A DNA stretch of 64,000 nt from Candidatus Doudnabacteria bacterium (lineage in GTDB: Bacteria; Patescibacteriota; Doudnabacteria; UBA920), in contig JACRDK010000004.1 of assembly GCA_016218585.1 (NCBI GenBank), positions 85,347 to 149,346 on the forward strand, written 5' to 3'. A program made the position numbers and the translations under genes. The notes under the pieces are model-generated. The model did no database searches and was not told the origin of the DNA. It saw only the letters and a program-made list of their open reading frames with translations. This document shows, in pieces, positions 1 to 9,687 of this stretch; positions within the stretch are counted from its first letter, which is position 1, and each line of letters begins with the position of its first letter.

Positions 1-382
1 CTCCGTTATAGTTTCCCCTTTCAACCTTATATCCGTCGTTAGAAGTTTGGCTCGAATCAAGCCTGTATTGTGATGCCTGTTCGTAAGTCAATTCCGATGC
101 AGTATTGCTATTTACGTCGTACAAAAACAAACGGGTTTCAACATTTACCGGTTTATAATAGGGATCTGTCGTGGTTGCCGGCTGAGGATTTTGTCTTAAG
201 TAGCCATCAACAATTTGGTATTTTGTTTGCCCATAGTAATATGCATTATCTCCTGTAGCATAAATAAAATTATGCTGCGGTTTTTTATTCCAACCGGGAA
301 GGTAAATCGCCATAGCCAGAACAATAATCATTATTATGGGTATAGACAAAGCCAGTATAAGCGGCAAATTTTTTTTGTTCAT
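1..382 (-). CDS. Hypothetical membrane-anchored protein, runs off the left edge
   Basis: Hand translation from ATG at 382: MNKKNLPLILALSIPIIMIIVLAMAIYLPGWNKKPQHNFIY..., open to position 1; N-terminal TM helix. Confidence 0.8.
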   Translation of the reverse strand, partial: MNKKNLPLILALSIPIIMIIVLAMAIYLPGWNKKPQHNFIYATGDNAYYYGQTKYQIVDGYLRQNPQPATTTDPYYKPVNVETRLFLYDVNSNTASELTYEQASQYRLDSSQTSNDGYKVERGNYNG

Positions 383-441
383 AAATCTTTTATTTAAGGT
401 TGTATTAGCTTAATTATACCATATTCTGTATAATAAGATTT

Positions 442-1128
442 ATGGAAGAACGCGTACAAAAATTTATTAGCCAGGCCGGAGTTGCCAGCCGCAGAAAAGC
501 CGAGGAATTCATTAAATCCGGCCAGGTTCTTATTAATGGCCGAAAGGCTAAGCTAGGAGATAAAGTAAACCCCTCTACTGACATTGTTAAAGTTTACGGT
601 AAAACTGTAAAACCAAACCAGCAGCTGGTTTATATTATGATAAACAAGCCAAAAGGATATGTGGTAAGCAAAAGCGATCCCCAGCACAGAAAAACCGTAT
701 TTGAATTATTACCGGAAGATCTGCGCACTAAGGTCTGGAATGTTGGCAGACTGGATGCCGATACTGAAGGTTTGCTAATATTAACCAACGACGGCGAACT
801 TACCCAGGAACTCTCGCATCCCAAATATGAACACGAAAAAGAATACGAAGTTTCCCTACAGGAATCCCCTAGCGAAAGCCAGTTGGAGCAACTGCGCAGC
901 GGCGTAGAAATAGCAACCGGCACAACTTATCCGGCCCAGGTGAAACAGCGGGACGGGAAAGTGCGAATTACTATTCATGAAGGCAAGAAGCGCCAGGTTC
1001 GCCGCATGTTCACCACAGTTGGACTTACTATTACCAATCTCAAGCGCATCCGCATAAATAAGCTCTTACTTCCTAAAGAGCTGCCAGCGGGCCAATTTAA
1101 ACTTATAAGCAAAGAAGAAATTCTGTAA
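442..1128 (+). CDS. rRNA pseudouridine synthase, RsuA/RluB family
   Basis: S4 domain (ERVQKFISQAGVASRRKAE), catalytic GRLD, EGKKRQVRRM. Confidence 0.95.
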   Translation: MEERVQKFISQAGVASRRKAEEFIKSGQVLINGRKAKLGDKVNPSTDIVKVYGKTVKPNQQLVYIMINKPKGYVVSKSDPQHRKTVFELLPEDLRTKVWNVGRLDADTEGLLILTNDGELTQELSHPKYEHEKEYEVSLQESPSESQLEQLRSGVEIATGTTYPAQVKQRDGKVRITIHEGKKRQVRRMFTTVGLTITNLKRIRINKLLLPKELPAGQFKLISKEEIL

Positions 1129-1152
1129 TTTATGATGTAGGATATAAGATTT

Positions 1153-1962
1153 ATGATTTTGAAAAAATCAAATTTTGTAATAATTTTGTCGGCGGTGATT
1201 CTACTAATCATCGCTTTGCTTTTTATTCATCCCAAAAAACCCGTTAGCAGATTTTCAAGCCAATCCAATACAGACAAAAATCCGACAGAAAACACTTCAC
1301 CAGATGTTCCGGCAGAAAAATTATCAGCCCCGCTGCCCCAGCCGCCTGAAGCTCCGGCGGATAGCGGGCGGGTAATTCCTAAATCTTTAAATTTGAGCGT
1401 TCTTTTCACATCTCAGGCGCCAACTGGTAATTGGGATGAACTTCATGAAGAAACTTGCGAAGAGACCGCCTCATTAATGGCAAATTTTTACTTTAACGGA
1501 CTGCCAGCCGGAAAAACTGGAATCTCTAGCGATATAGCGGAAACGGAACTGGCGAAACTAGTGAGTTGGCAAAAAAGCCGCTTTGGATATTACAAAGACA
1601 CGACAGCTGCGGAAACAGCCAAGTTTATTGAGGAAGTCTATGGCTTAAAAACCATGCTGCTGGAAAATTTCTCGGAAGCTGACTTAAAAAATACTCTGGC
1701 GCAGAATCGACTGGTTATAATACCCGAGAGCGGACAGGCGCTTGGCAACCCGCATTACACTCCTCCGGGGCCGATTTATCATATGCTGCTAGTTAAAGGA
1801 TATGATGAAAATGGAAATTTTATTACCAATGACCCCGGAACTAAATTTGGCCAAAATTATATTTATTCATTTAAGATTTTGTTTGAAAGCGCCGCAGATT
1901 GGGACCATACAACAAACAATATAAACCTAAAACAAAAAGTCGCCATAGTTGTCTGGAAATAA
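1153..1962 (+). CDS. Membrane-anchored C39-like peptidase
   Basis: N-terminal TM; QAPxGxW...CEE, HMLLVKGYD, NDPGT motifs. Confidence 0.75.
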   Translation: MILKKSNFVIILSAVILLIIALLFIHPKKPVSRFSSQSNTDKNPTENTSPDVPAEKLSAPLPQPPEAPADSGRVIPKSLNLSVLFTSQAPTGNWDELHEETCEETASLMANFYFNGLPAGKTGISSDIAETELAKLVSWQKSRFGYYKDTTAAETAKFIEEVYGLKTMLLENFSEADLKNTLAQNRLVIIPESGQALGNPHYTPPGPIYHMLLVKGYDENGNFITNDPGTKFGQNYIYSFKILFESAADWDHTTNNINLKQKVAIVVWK

Positions 1963-1964
1963 TT

Positions 1965-2008
1965 AAAAACCGTCCCCCTTTTTCGCTAGAATGGGCGGGA
2001 CGGTTTTT
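1965..2008. terminator. Bidirectional intrinsic terminator
   Basis: AAAAACCGTCCC...GGGACGGTTTTT between convergent genes. Confidence 0.75.
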
Positions 2009-2017
2009 TAATTTGAA

Positions 2018-3763
2018 CTAGTTTTCCTGTTCGCCAATTTGCTGGCGCCACATTGCATAATACAAACCTTTTTGATCCAGCAAATCCTGATGTCGGCCTG
2101 ACTCGGCAAGTTTGCCTTTCTCCAAAACATATATCCTGTCGGCATGCATAATGGTAGACAATCGGTGAGCAATTAAAACCGTAATTTGTTCCTGGTTTAC
2201 GGAAAGTTGTTTTATAGTTTCTGTAATCTGTAGTTCAGTTAAAGAATCCAGGGCGGAAGTTGCCTCATCAAACACTAATAGTTGAGGATTGCGCAAAAGC
2301 GCTCTGGCAATAGACAGCCTTTGTTTTTCTCCGCCGGAAACTTTTACCCCACCTTCTCCAATTACCGTATCAAGCCCTTGCGACGCTCTCTGCATTAAAG
2401 TTTGCGCCGCTGCCCTGTCCAAAGCTTTAAACAGCTCCTCATCGGAAGCCTCAGCATTGGCAAATTTTAAGTTATCACGGATTGTGCCGGCAAATAGCTG
2501 GGTGTCCTGGGTAACCAAGCCAATTTGGCCTCTTAAACTTTCCAAGTCAGCGCTGGTTAAATCTATATCGTTATAGCTAATTGCTCCTTCGGCCGGACGA
2601 TACAGCCCAACCAACAACTTAACTAATGTCGTCTTGCCGCTGCCGGACGGACCAACAAAAGCCACTGTCTCCCCGCTTGCAGCCTTAAAGCTTACCTTGT
2701 CTAACGCCGGACGATTGGCGGTTAAATGCTTAAAAGATACATTATTAAAACTAATACTCTCCAACTTGCCGATATTTTTCGGATCTTTTGGTTTTGGCTC
2801 TTTTGGCGTACTTAAAATATCTTTAAAATTCTGCAAAGAAGCCTGTGCCTCGCGGTAGGAGTTAACTACATTACCCAGTTCCTGTAAAGGATTAAATAAA
2901 AAGAAGGAATAAATCCATAGAGAGAAAAACTCGCCCAAAGTTAATGCTTTGGTAAAAACTAAATACATCATGGTAAACAGAATAACCGTGCGCAAAAAAT
3001 TAATTACCGTTCCCTGAATAAAGCTTAACGTTCTTAGATATTTTATTTTTTCCAGTTCCAGCCCTAATATGGCTTCGGTAGTATTATTCAGGCGGCTAAT
3101 TTCCGCTCCCGAAAGCCCCATAGATTTCACCAGTTCAATGTTGCGCAGGCTCTCAGTGGTGGACCCAGCCAAGGCGGTTGTTTGGGCAATAATCTTTATT
3201 TGTACAGTTTTAATCTTGCCGCTTAAAAAAGCGGACAAAAAGCCTAAAATTGGCACCATGGCCAAATATACCGCGGCAATTACCCAGCTAACGGAAAAGG
3301 CATAAACTATTACAAATACAAAACCAATCAAGGTAAAAAATAAAACATTTACCGCGTTGGTAATTAAAGTCTGCACATCCAAGCGAACACGCTGCAATTT
3401 TTCCAGGGTCTCCCCGCTTCTCTGGTCTTCAAATACCTGATACGGCATTTCCAAAGAATGGGCTAGCCCATCGGTGTACATTTTTGCGCCAACTCTCTGA
3501 GTTACCGTGTTAACATAATAGTCCTGAAAATTTTTGGCAATGCGGGAAACCAAAGCCGTTCCCATAGACAATAAAAGCAGCCAGCCGACCCCGTGAAAAA
3601 ATTGAGTTCGGCTAAGCTCATTAAACTTGGTGGCGTAATTATCCATTATCAAACGGAAAATATATGGATCAAGCAAAGAAAATATTTGGTTGACCGCAGC
3701 TAAAAAAAGCGCTAACGCTAAAAGTTTCCAGTATTTTTTTACATACTTGGTTAATATAGACAT
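2018..3763 (-). CDS. ABC exporter, fused permease/ATPase (MsbA-like)
   Basis: TM domain, Walker A GPSGSGKT, VSGGEKQR, DEATSALD. Confidence 0.95.
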   Translation of the reverse strand: MSILTKYVKKYWKLLALALFLAAVNQIFSLLDPYIFRLIMDNYATKFNELSRTQFFHGVGWLLLLSMGTALVSRIAKNFQDYYVNTVTQRVGAKMYTDGLAHSLEMPYQVFEDQRSGETLEKLQRVRLDVQTLITNAVNVLFFTLIGFVFVIVYAFSVSWVIAAVYLAMVPILGFLSAFLSGKIKTVQIKIIAQTTALAGSTTESLRNIELVKSMGLSGAEISRLNNTTEAILGLELEKIKYLRTLSFIQGTVINFLRTVILFTMMYLVFTKALTLGEFFSLWIYSFFLFNPLQELGNVVNSYREAQASLQNFKDILSTPKEPKPKDPKNIGKLESISFNNVSFKHLTANRPALDKVSFKAASGETVAFVGPSGSGKTTLVKLLVGLYRPAEGAISYNDIDLTSADLESLRGQIGLVTQDTQLFAGTIRDNLKFANAEASDEELFKALDRAAAQTLMQRASQGLDTVIGEGGVKVSGGEKQRLSIARALLRNPQLLVFDEATSALDSLTELQITETIKQLSVNQEQITVLIAHRLSTIMHADRIYVLEKGKLAESGRHQDLLDQKGLYYAMWRQQIGEQEN

Positions 3764-3831
3764 AAAAAATTATTACTTATGATATAAAAAGAGTCTGCCC
3801 TAATTTTATAAAGGCCAACTCCGGAGAATCT

Positions 3832-5109
3832 TCATTTTATCAGAAACTGGCCAAAAATTGTAGCCACAACTGCCACGGCAATAAATACCGCCGAACCTCT
3901 TAAAAACCACTTGGCAAAACCTTTAGAAATATAAGCTTCTCCCATAATTTCCGGATTTTCAGAAAAACGTATAAGAAAATAAAACAGCACCGGCAATATA
4001 GCGCCGTTTAAATAATTTGCGGCTAAGGTAAGGCCAAACAGGTTAATACTCGGAAACAAAGCAATAAACAAACCTAAAACAATTTGCAAAATAAAGAAAG
4101 TATAAAACACCCGGCCCTTTCCAAAGCTGGCATTTAAGGTTCTTTCGTACCCGAATAGCTCAGTAAAAACATAAGCGGTGGCCAATGGCACAACCGTGAG
4201 GCCTAATAAAGAAGCGGCGAAAAGTCCGGTAGCAAACAAAATGTAAGAAAAATTCCCAGCAAGAGGCTTAATTGCCATAGCAGCAGTTTGCGCATCGGAA
4301 ATAATTGTGTGGTTGGCAAACAAGGTATAGGTTACGGCAATCGCTATCATCCAGGAAAAAATATTGGTTAAGATTGAACCAAAATAAACCTCTGCCCGCT
4401 CTTCTTTTAGTTGTTCCGGCTTTATGCCTTTGTCGGCCACAAAACTGTTTATAAAAAACTGCCCCCAAGCTGTAACCGTAGTTCCCAAAACCGCAATTAA
4501 AGCAAACCAGTAATGAGGATCTCCTATAAAGTTGCGTTCCGGCATAACCAAGCTTTGCTTTAATGCCTGCCCCCAATCGGGCTTGGCCAATACCGCCGAA
4601 ATAATATAAGTTGCGTAAAATAAAATAGTTATAAAAAAGATTCTTTGCAGATTTTTGTAGTTTAAAAAAACAACTGCCAAAATTAAGGCCAGACATACTA
4701 AAACTAACAGCCCCTGCCAGTGCAGCCAGGCAATCCACCACGGCAAATTAAACAACTGGACCGCCGACTTTAACCCGGTAACGTCCTGCAATATTACGCT
4801 CTGATTAGCAACAAAATAAACCAAAAATAAAACCACGGAAACTCTAACGCCATAGTTCTCTCTAATTAAATCGCCAAGGCCCTTGCCGGTGACAATTGCA
4901 ATGCGGGCGCCGATTTCCTGGGTAACCGCCAGTAATAAAGTGGTTAAAATAACAAAATACTGGGAACTCATCCCGTACATTGAGGCCGCTACGGAATATG
5001 TAGCCACTCCAGAGGCGTCATTGTCAGCCATGGCCGTAATTAATCCGGGACCCAAAACTGCCAGGAAAATTAGAAGCCTGGGTTTATTTTTTTGCCAAAA
5101 ATTTTTCAT
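3832..5109 (-). CDS. Nramp-family divalent cation transporter (NRMT/Mg-type)
   Basis: LGPGLITAMADNDASG motif in place of DPGN; about 11 TM helices. Confidence 0.85.
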   Translation of the reverse strand: MKNFWQKNKPRLLIFLAVLGPGLITAMADNDASGVATYSVAASMYGMSSQYFVILTTLLLAVTQEIGARIAIVTGKGLGDLIRENYGVRVSVVLFLVYFVANQSVILQDVTGLKSAVQLFNLPWWIAWLHWQGLLVLVCLALILAVVFLNYKNLQRIFFITILFYATYIISAVLAKPDWGQALKQSLVMPERNFIGDPHYWFALIAVLGTTVTAWGQFFINSFVADKGIKPEQLKEERAEVYFGSILTNIFSWMIAIAVTYTLFANHTIISDAQTAAMAIKPLAGNFSYILFATGLFAASLLGLTVVPLATAYVFTELFGYERTLNASFGKGRVFYTFFILQIVLGLFIALFPSINLFGLTLAANYLNGAILPVLFYFLIRFSENPEIMGEAYISKGFAKWFLRGSAVFIAVAVVATIFGQFLIK

Positions 5110-5120
5110 ACAAAACTATA

Positions 5121-5207
5121 TTTACTAAATACGAATGAATGCTAATACACTAATACTTTGACCCTGTAGATGATAAAGATTATTAGTATGAATTAGTATT
5201 TAGTAAA
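5121..5207. repeat. Inverted periodic repeat array
   Basis: TTTACTAAATAC (5121-5132) / GTATTTAGTAAA (5196-5207) with internal CTAAT/ATTAG units. Confidence 0.7.
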
Positions 5208-5210
5208 GTT

Positions 5211-6425
5211 CTAAGCGCTCGGGAATAATTGCCGCATTACGTCGTCAATAGTTACTACGCCAACCAACTTTTTTTCTTTATCTAATACAGCTGCGGTATA
5301 CAAATTATACTTTGTCATTAACTGGATAATTTTCTCAATTTTATCGCCGGGCTTTAAAAAAGCATACGAAGGGAAACGCTTGGCTAAATCGCCAATTTTT
5401 TCCTGAGATTTTGCCAAAAGCAACCTCCTTAAAGAAACAACGCCAATAAATCTGGACTCTTCATAAGTCACATAGACATAAGGCAAAGACCTCATCCCGT
5501 CGGAAACCTTTCTTATTTCTTCGACAACCTGGGCAATAGTCCACTCAGGCCTTACGGCTAAAAAATCCAGAGTCATCAATCCCCCGGCGGTATTGTCCGG
5601 GTAATTCAATAACTTTTTAACGCTCTGCGCTCTGCTGCCTTTTACCTCGGACAAAAACTGGTTTGCCTCATCCCCCGATAAAGTTTTAACTAAGTCCACA
5701 AATTCGTCGCTGGACATTTGCGACATAATTTTCCCGGCGCGCTCCGGACCCAAATACTTTACCAAAACAGTCTGTAATTTTGGATCGACTTCTTCCAATA
5801 CTTTAGCTGCTTCAGTGGAATCCAGGGAAGCCAAAAGGCTGCTGCCAAATTTTACATCCAAGTCTTCCACAATATTAGCTAAGTCTGCCGGATGCAAATG
5901 GCTCAAATCTTCCGCAACGGTGTTCAATTCCAGCCCCTTTTTACTGTCTACCAGAGTTGCCTGGCGCCAGTCTATTAAAGACACAGAAAAAGGCTTGCCG
6001 AAAATTGAGCCGGCGAGCCCTAAGCGTCTTAATATTCCTTTAAAGCTGGAGTCTATTCCCAGCACGCAAACTTTATTTTCAAAATTTCCAATTCTCAAAT
6101 CATTCACCCGGACAACCCTGGTTCCGGCCACATCCACAATCTGCTTATCCAATACCTGTTTTTTTAAATAAACAAACTGAACTGCGGGCAATTCATTTTG
6201 CGCCACCTTATTAAACAAATTTTTCAGCGAGATTTCGCTGCTATTAAAATTTGCCACATATTCATACGGGACAAACTTTCTGCCCTGATGGGTTTTAATT
6301 ACTAAAAACTCCAGCGGGGCAAAGGAGTCTGCCTTTGGCGCAATTAGAATGTCTTCCAATTTGCCAACTGAAACATCGGAGCTGTCGGTAATGGTGTTAT
6401 TTAACAATTCGCTGATATACGGCAT
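5211..6425 (-). CDS. Soluble MgtE-like protein (PRC-barrel, MgtE_N, CBS pair; no TM pore)
   Basis: LHPADLANIVEDL, YPDNTAGGLMT, GVVTIDDV. Confidence 0.85.
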   Translation of the reverse strand: MPYISELLNNTITDSSDVSVGKLEDILIAPKADSFAPLEFLVIKTHQGRKFVPYEYVANFNSSEISLKNLFNKVAQNELPAVQFVYLKKQVLDKQIVDVAGTRVVRVNDLRIGNFENKVCVLGIDSSFKGILRRLGLAGSIFGKPFSVSLIDWRQATLVDSKKGLELNTVAEDLSHLHPADLANIVEDLDVKFGSSLLASLDSTEAAKVLEEVDPKLQTVLVKYLGPERAGKIMSQMSSDEFVDLVKTLSGDEANQFLSEVKGSRAQSVKKLLNYPDNTAGGLMTLDFLAVRPEWTIAQVVEEIRKVSDGMRSLPYVYVTYEESRFIGVVSLRRLLLAKSQEKIGDLAKRFPSYAFLKPGDKIEKIIQLMTKYNLYTAAVLDKEKKLVGVVTIDDVMRQLFPSA

Positions 6426-6525
6426 AAGCGCAAATTAAAAAATGCAAAATAAATAGCTTTTGCTAAAATATATAATCTTATCTTCTGCTTAATTTTAACA
6501 CACAAATTAAGGTTATGCCACAAAA

Positions 6526-6861
6526 TTACTCACTAATAGCCTTCTTCCCTATTATTGAGACCAGAGTAACTATAATTGATCCCCAAAAGGCCGGCCAAAA
6601 ACCGGCAACTGCAAAACCTTTAACAAAACTGGCGGCCCAAAACATAAGGGCGTTAATCACCAAAAAAAACAAACCAAAAGTAACTATGCTCAATGGCAAG
6701 GTCAATATTTTTAGCAAAGCCCCAAGCGTTATATTTAGCAACCCCAAAACTAGCGCCACTAAAACCGCCACCCAAAAACTGGCAATGGTAATGCCGGGCA
6801 CAATGGAAGCAGCCGCTAATACCCCTAAAGCTGTAAACAACACTCTTAAAACAAATTTCAT
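6526..6861 (-). CDS. 4-TM phage-holin-family membrane protein (YvlD-like)
   Basis: LTLPLSIVTFGLFFLVINALMF signature. Confidence 0.85.
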   Translation of the reverse strand: MKFVLRVLFTALGVLAAASIVPGITIASFWVAVLVALVLGLLNITLGALLKILTLPLSIVTFGLFFLVINALMFWAASFVKGFAVAGFWPAFWGSIIVTLVSIIGKKAISE

Positions 6862-6948
6862 AGTAATAGAATTAATTGTTACTATATTATAGCATTTTTT
6901 AGCGGTTTTGGGGATCGGGGAATAAATAACAAAAACCCTTATATCTGC

Positions 6949-6996
6949 TTGACAAAATCCTAAAAAAATATTAGTATTAGTTAGATAAACTAACTA
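6949..6996 (+). promoter_or_regulatory. Sigma70 promoter with probable MarR operator
   Basis: TTGACA (6949)-17 bp-TAGTAT (6972); palindrome TAGTTAG-N5-CTAACTA (6978-6996) over the start site. Confidence 0.7.
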
Positions 6997-7014
6997 TTTG
7001 TAAAACTAACTAAT

Positions 7015-7434
7015 ATGAACTTGAAAAAAAATACGGAAGAGATTGTTGGCGCTTTCCTGGCTGTGTTTCGGGAGCTGAAAAAAAAGCTTTCTTATGGCAA
7101 CCCGCTTTTTCATTTACCTCTGGCCCAAATGGAAGCCTTGCGTTTTGTCCACGAAACAAAGCAGCCGGCGATGAAAGAAATATCCGACCATTTTGGCATT
7201 ACTCCCCCGTCGGCCACCGCCCTTATTAACCACTTGGTAAATTTAGGGTATGTGACCAGAATAGCCAACGGCAAAGACCGCCGGGGCATACGAATAAGCT
7301 TAACCGCTAAAGGCCTAAACATTTTTAACAAGGCCAGCAAACAGCATTGCCAAAGATTGGAAAAATTACTTAGCAAACTTAGCGAAAAAGAAAAGCAGGA
7401 GTTTTTAAAAATATTAAATAAGATGATTAATTAA
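7015..7434 (+). CDS. MarR-family regulator
   Basis: wHTH with DRR motif (GKDRRGIRISLTAKG). Confidence 0.92.
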   Translation: MNLKKNTEEIVGAFLAVFRELKKKLSYGNPLFHLPLAQMEALRFVHETKQPAMKEISDHFGITPPSATALINHLVNLGYVTRIANGKDRRGIRISLTAKGLNIFNKASKQHCQRLEKLLSKLSEKEKQEFLKILNKMIN

Positions 7435-7439
7435 AGATT

Positions 7440-8954
7440 ATGACAAAAAACCTATCCAAACCAATTATTGTATCTGTTGCGGGAATTTTGCTTGTATTAG
7501 GAACCGGCGCTTACGCGGAAACTAAGCTGCAAAAAAAACCGAATTATGATTACGTCGAAGCCAAACAAGAAAACCTGCAAACCGGGGTAAAAACCGACGG
7601 CACTGTAAAAGCTGCCGAAAATTTAAGCTTGTCCTTCCAAAAAGGCGGACAAATTTCTGTCATCAAGGTTAAAGTTGGCGACAAAGTAAAAAAAGGAACA
7701 GCTTTAATTTCTCTGGATGCCAAAGATTCTTTAGCCGCGGTTAACCAGGCGAACGCCGCTGTCTCCGCCGCCCAAGCTTCTTATAACAAGCTACTTAACG
7801 GAGCCACCAACGCCGATGCGGAAGTTGCGGAAGTAGCCCTAACCAACGCAAAGCAAACCTTGGAAAATACAACTCAGCAGCAGCAAACTCTGGTTGATAA
7901 TGCTTATAAAAATTTATTAAATGCCGGCCTGGCAGCTACCCCCGGCAGCGGCAACAGCGCCGGAGCGGCTGCTTTTGTTTCCGGAAGCTATACCGGAACG
8001 CAACAAGGCAGCTATACCGTAAGCGTCTACGCCACCGGCAGCGGCTTGCGCTTTAGATATTCAGGACTGGAAGACGGCGACGGAATTGTTGATATAACTC
8101 CCCAACCACTGGGGAAAAAAGGATTGTTCATTCAATTCTCCTCTACTTCCGTCCCCACTAACAACACCTGGACTGTTAACCTGCCTAACACGCAAGGCGT
8201 TGGCTATACTTCATACCTAACCGCTTACCAGGCGGCTCAGCAAAACCAACAGTCAGCCGTCAATGCCGCTCAAAATGCGGTAAACTCCGCTCAAGCAGCT
8301 TTGGACTTAAAAAAGTCAGCGGCCAGACCGGAAGATCTTCAGGCTGCTCAGGCTCAAATAAGCTCAGCCAGGGCTTTGTTGCAATTAGCACAAAACTCTT
8401 ATACCAATAGCATAATCACTGCTCCGATTGATGGAGTTATTACTTCTGTTGACGCAAAAATTGGTGAAACAGCTACCGTAGGAAAGAGCGTTGTGTCTAT
8501 GATTTCTGATCAGCAATTCCAAGTAGAAACCTACCTCTCTGAAAATGAAGTCGGCCAAGTTAAACCCGATGACACCGTTAAAATTACTTTGGATGCTTAC
8601 GGCGACCAGACGGTTTTTGACGCTTCAATAATTACAATAGATCCGGCAGCCACAATTATTAACGGCATTCCCGCTTACAAATTAACCTTGCAGTTCACAC
8701 AAGAAGACAACCGCATTAAAGCCGGTATGGGAGCAAATATTATTGTTGCCGGCCAACAAAAATCCAATATTCTTACAATCCCTCAAAATTCCATTATTAA
8801 ACAAAACGACCAAACTTTTGTTTTAGTTAAAAACCAGCAAGGCCAACCAACGCTTACTGCGGTGCAAACCGGCAGCTTAGGCTTAAACGGCCGGGAAGAA
8901 ATATTAAGCGGACTGGCCCAGGGACAACTGGTCGCCAGCTTCAGCGGAAAATAA
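7440..8954 (+). CDS. Efflux membrane-fusion/adaptor protein with long coiled coil
   Basis: VKVGDKVKKG and ITAPIDGVI lipoyl half-motifs; Ala/Gln-rich coil. Confidence 0.85.
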   Translation: MTKNLSKPIIVSVAGILLVLGTGAYAETKLQKKPNYDYVEAKQENLQTGVKTDGTVKAAENLSLSFQKGGQISVIKVKVGDKVKKGTALISLDAKDSLAAVNQANAAVSAAQASYNKLLNGATNADAEVAEVALTNAKQTLENTTQQQQTLVDNAYKNLLNAGLAATPGSGNSAGAAAFVSGSYTGTQQGSYTVSVYATGSGLRFRYSGLEDGDGIVDITPQPLGKKGLFIQFSSTSVPTNNTWTVNLPNTQGVGYTSYLTAYQAAQQNQQSAVNAAQNAVNSAQAALDLKKSAARPEDLQAAQAQISSARALLQLAQNSYTNSIITAPIDGVITSVDAKIGETATVGKSVVSMISDQQFQVETYLSENEVGQVKPDDTVKITLDAYGDQTVFDASIITIDPAATIINGIPAYKLTLQFTQEDNRIKAGMGANIIVAGQQKSNILTIPQNSIIKQNDQTFVLVKNQQGQPTLTAVQTGSLGLNGREEILSGLAQGQLVASFSGK

Positions 8955-8963
8955 TTATACTTT

Positions 8964-9662
8964 ATGTCTAATACTCTTAAACAGACCGAAGAAAAAATTG
9001 AAACTGCCGCCAAAGAGGCCGTAGAAAAAATTGAAGTTGCGGAAAAAAAACTTATCCATAATCCGTGGGTCAGAAGCGCTGCTGCAATTATTGTAGTTGC
9101 TGCGGTAGTGGCCGGCGGCTTGTATTGGCAGGAGTCCAGCACCAGGGTAAGCATCGACAAGTCGCAAATCTCCGCCCCGTTAATTGCTCTGTCCCCTTCC
9201 AAGGCTGGGCAGCTAAACCAAATTTACGTCAACGAAGGCGACAGCATAAAAAGCAATGCCGCGGTTGCGCAAGTTGGCGATGAATTAATAAAAAGCAAAA
9301 CCAGCGGCGTAGTTGTGGAAGTAAAAAATAATATTGGCAAAAATATTAATCCGGGCGAAACCGTGGTCAACATTATTGACCCAAAAGAAACCAGAGTAGT
9401 TGGGACAATTGAGGAAAACAAAGGCTTGGATAAATTAAAAGTTGGCCAGTTAGCCAGCTTTACCGTGGACGCTTTTGGCTCCAAAACTTACGAAGGCGTT
9501 GTTGATGAAATTAGCCCAACCTCAAAAGCCTCCGGCGTCGTTTTTAATATCTCCGACAAACGCGCTACCCAAGAATTTGAAATTAAAGTCCGTTTCAACC
9601 AGGATAAATATCCGGAATTAAAAAACGGAATGTCCGCCAAACTGACAATCTACATAAAATAG
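8964..9662 (+). CDS. HlyD/EmrA-family adaptor
   Basis: TM, VNEGD, LKNGMSA. Confidence 0.8.
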   Translation: MSNTLKQTEEKIETAAKEAVEKIEVAEKKLIHNPWVRSAAAIIVVAAVVAGGLYWQESSTRVSIDKSQISAPLIALSPSKAGQLNQIYVNEGDSIKSNAAVAQVGDELIKSKTSGVVVEVKNNIGKNINPGETVVNIIDPKETRVVGTIEENKGLDKLKVGQLASFTVDAFGSKTYEGVVDEISPTSKASGVVFNISDKRATQEFEIKVRFNQDKYPELKNGMSAKLTIYIK

Positions 9663-9687
9663 TTTTAATTAAATCGGCAAACCGACT

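Noticed and set aside
6526-6861. Holin as evidence of a prophage
   Set aside because: YvlD-like family is commonly chromosomal; no integrase, terminase or structural genes nearby.
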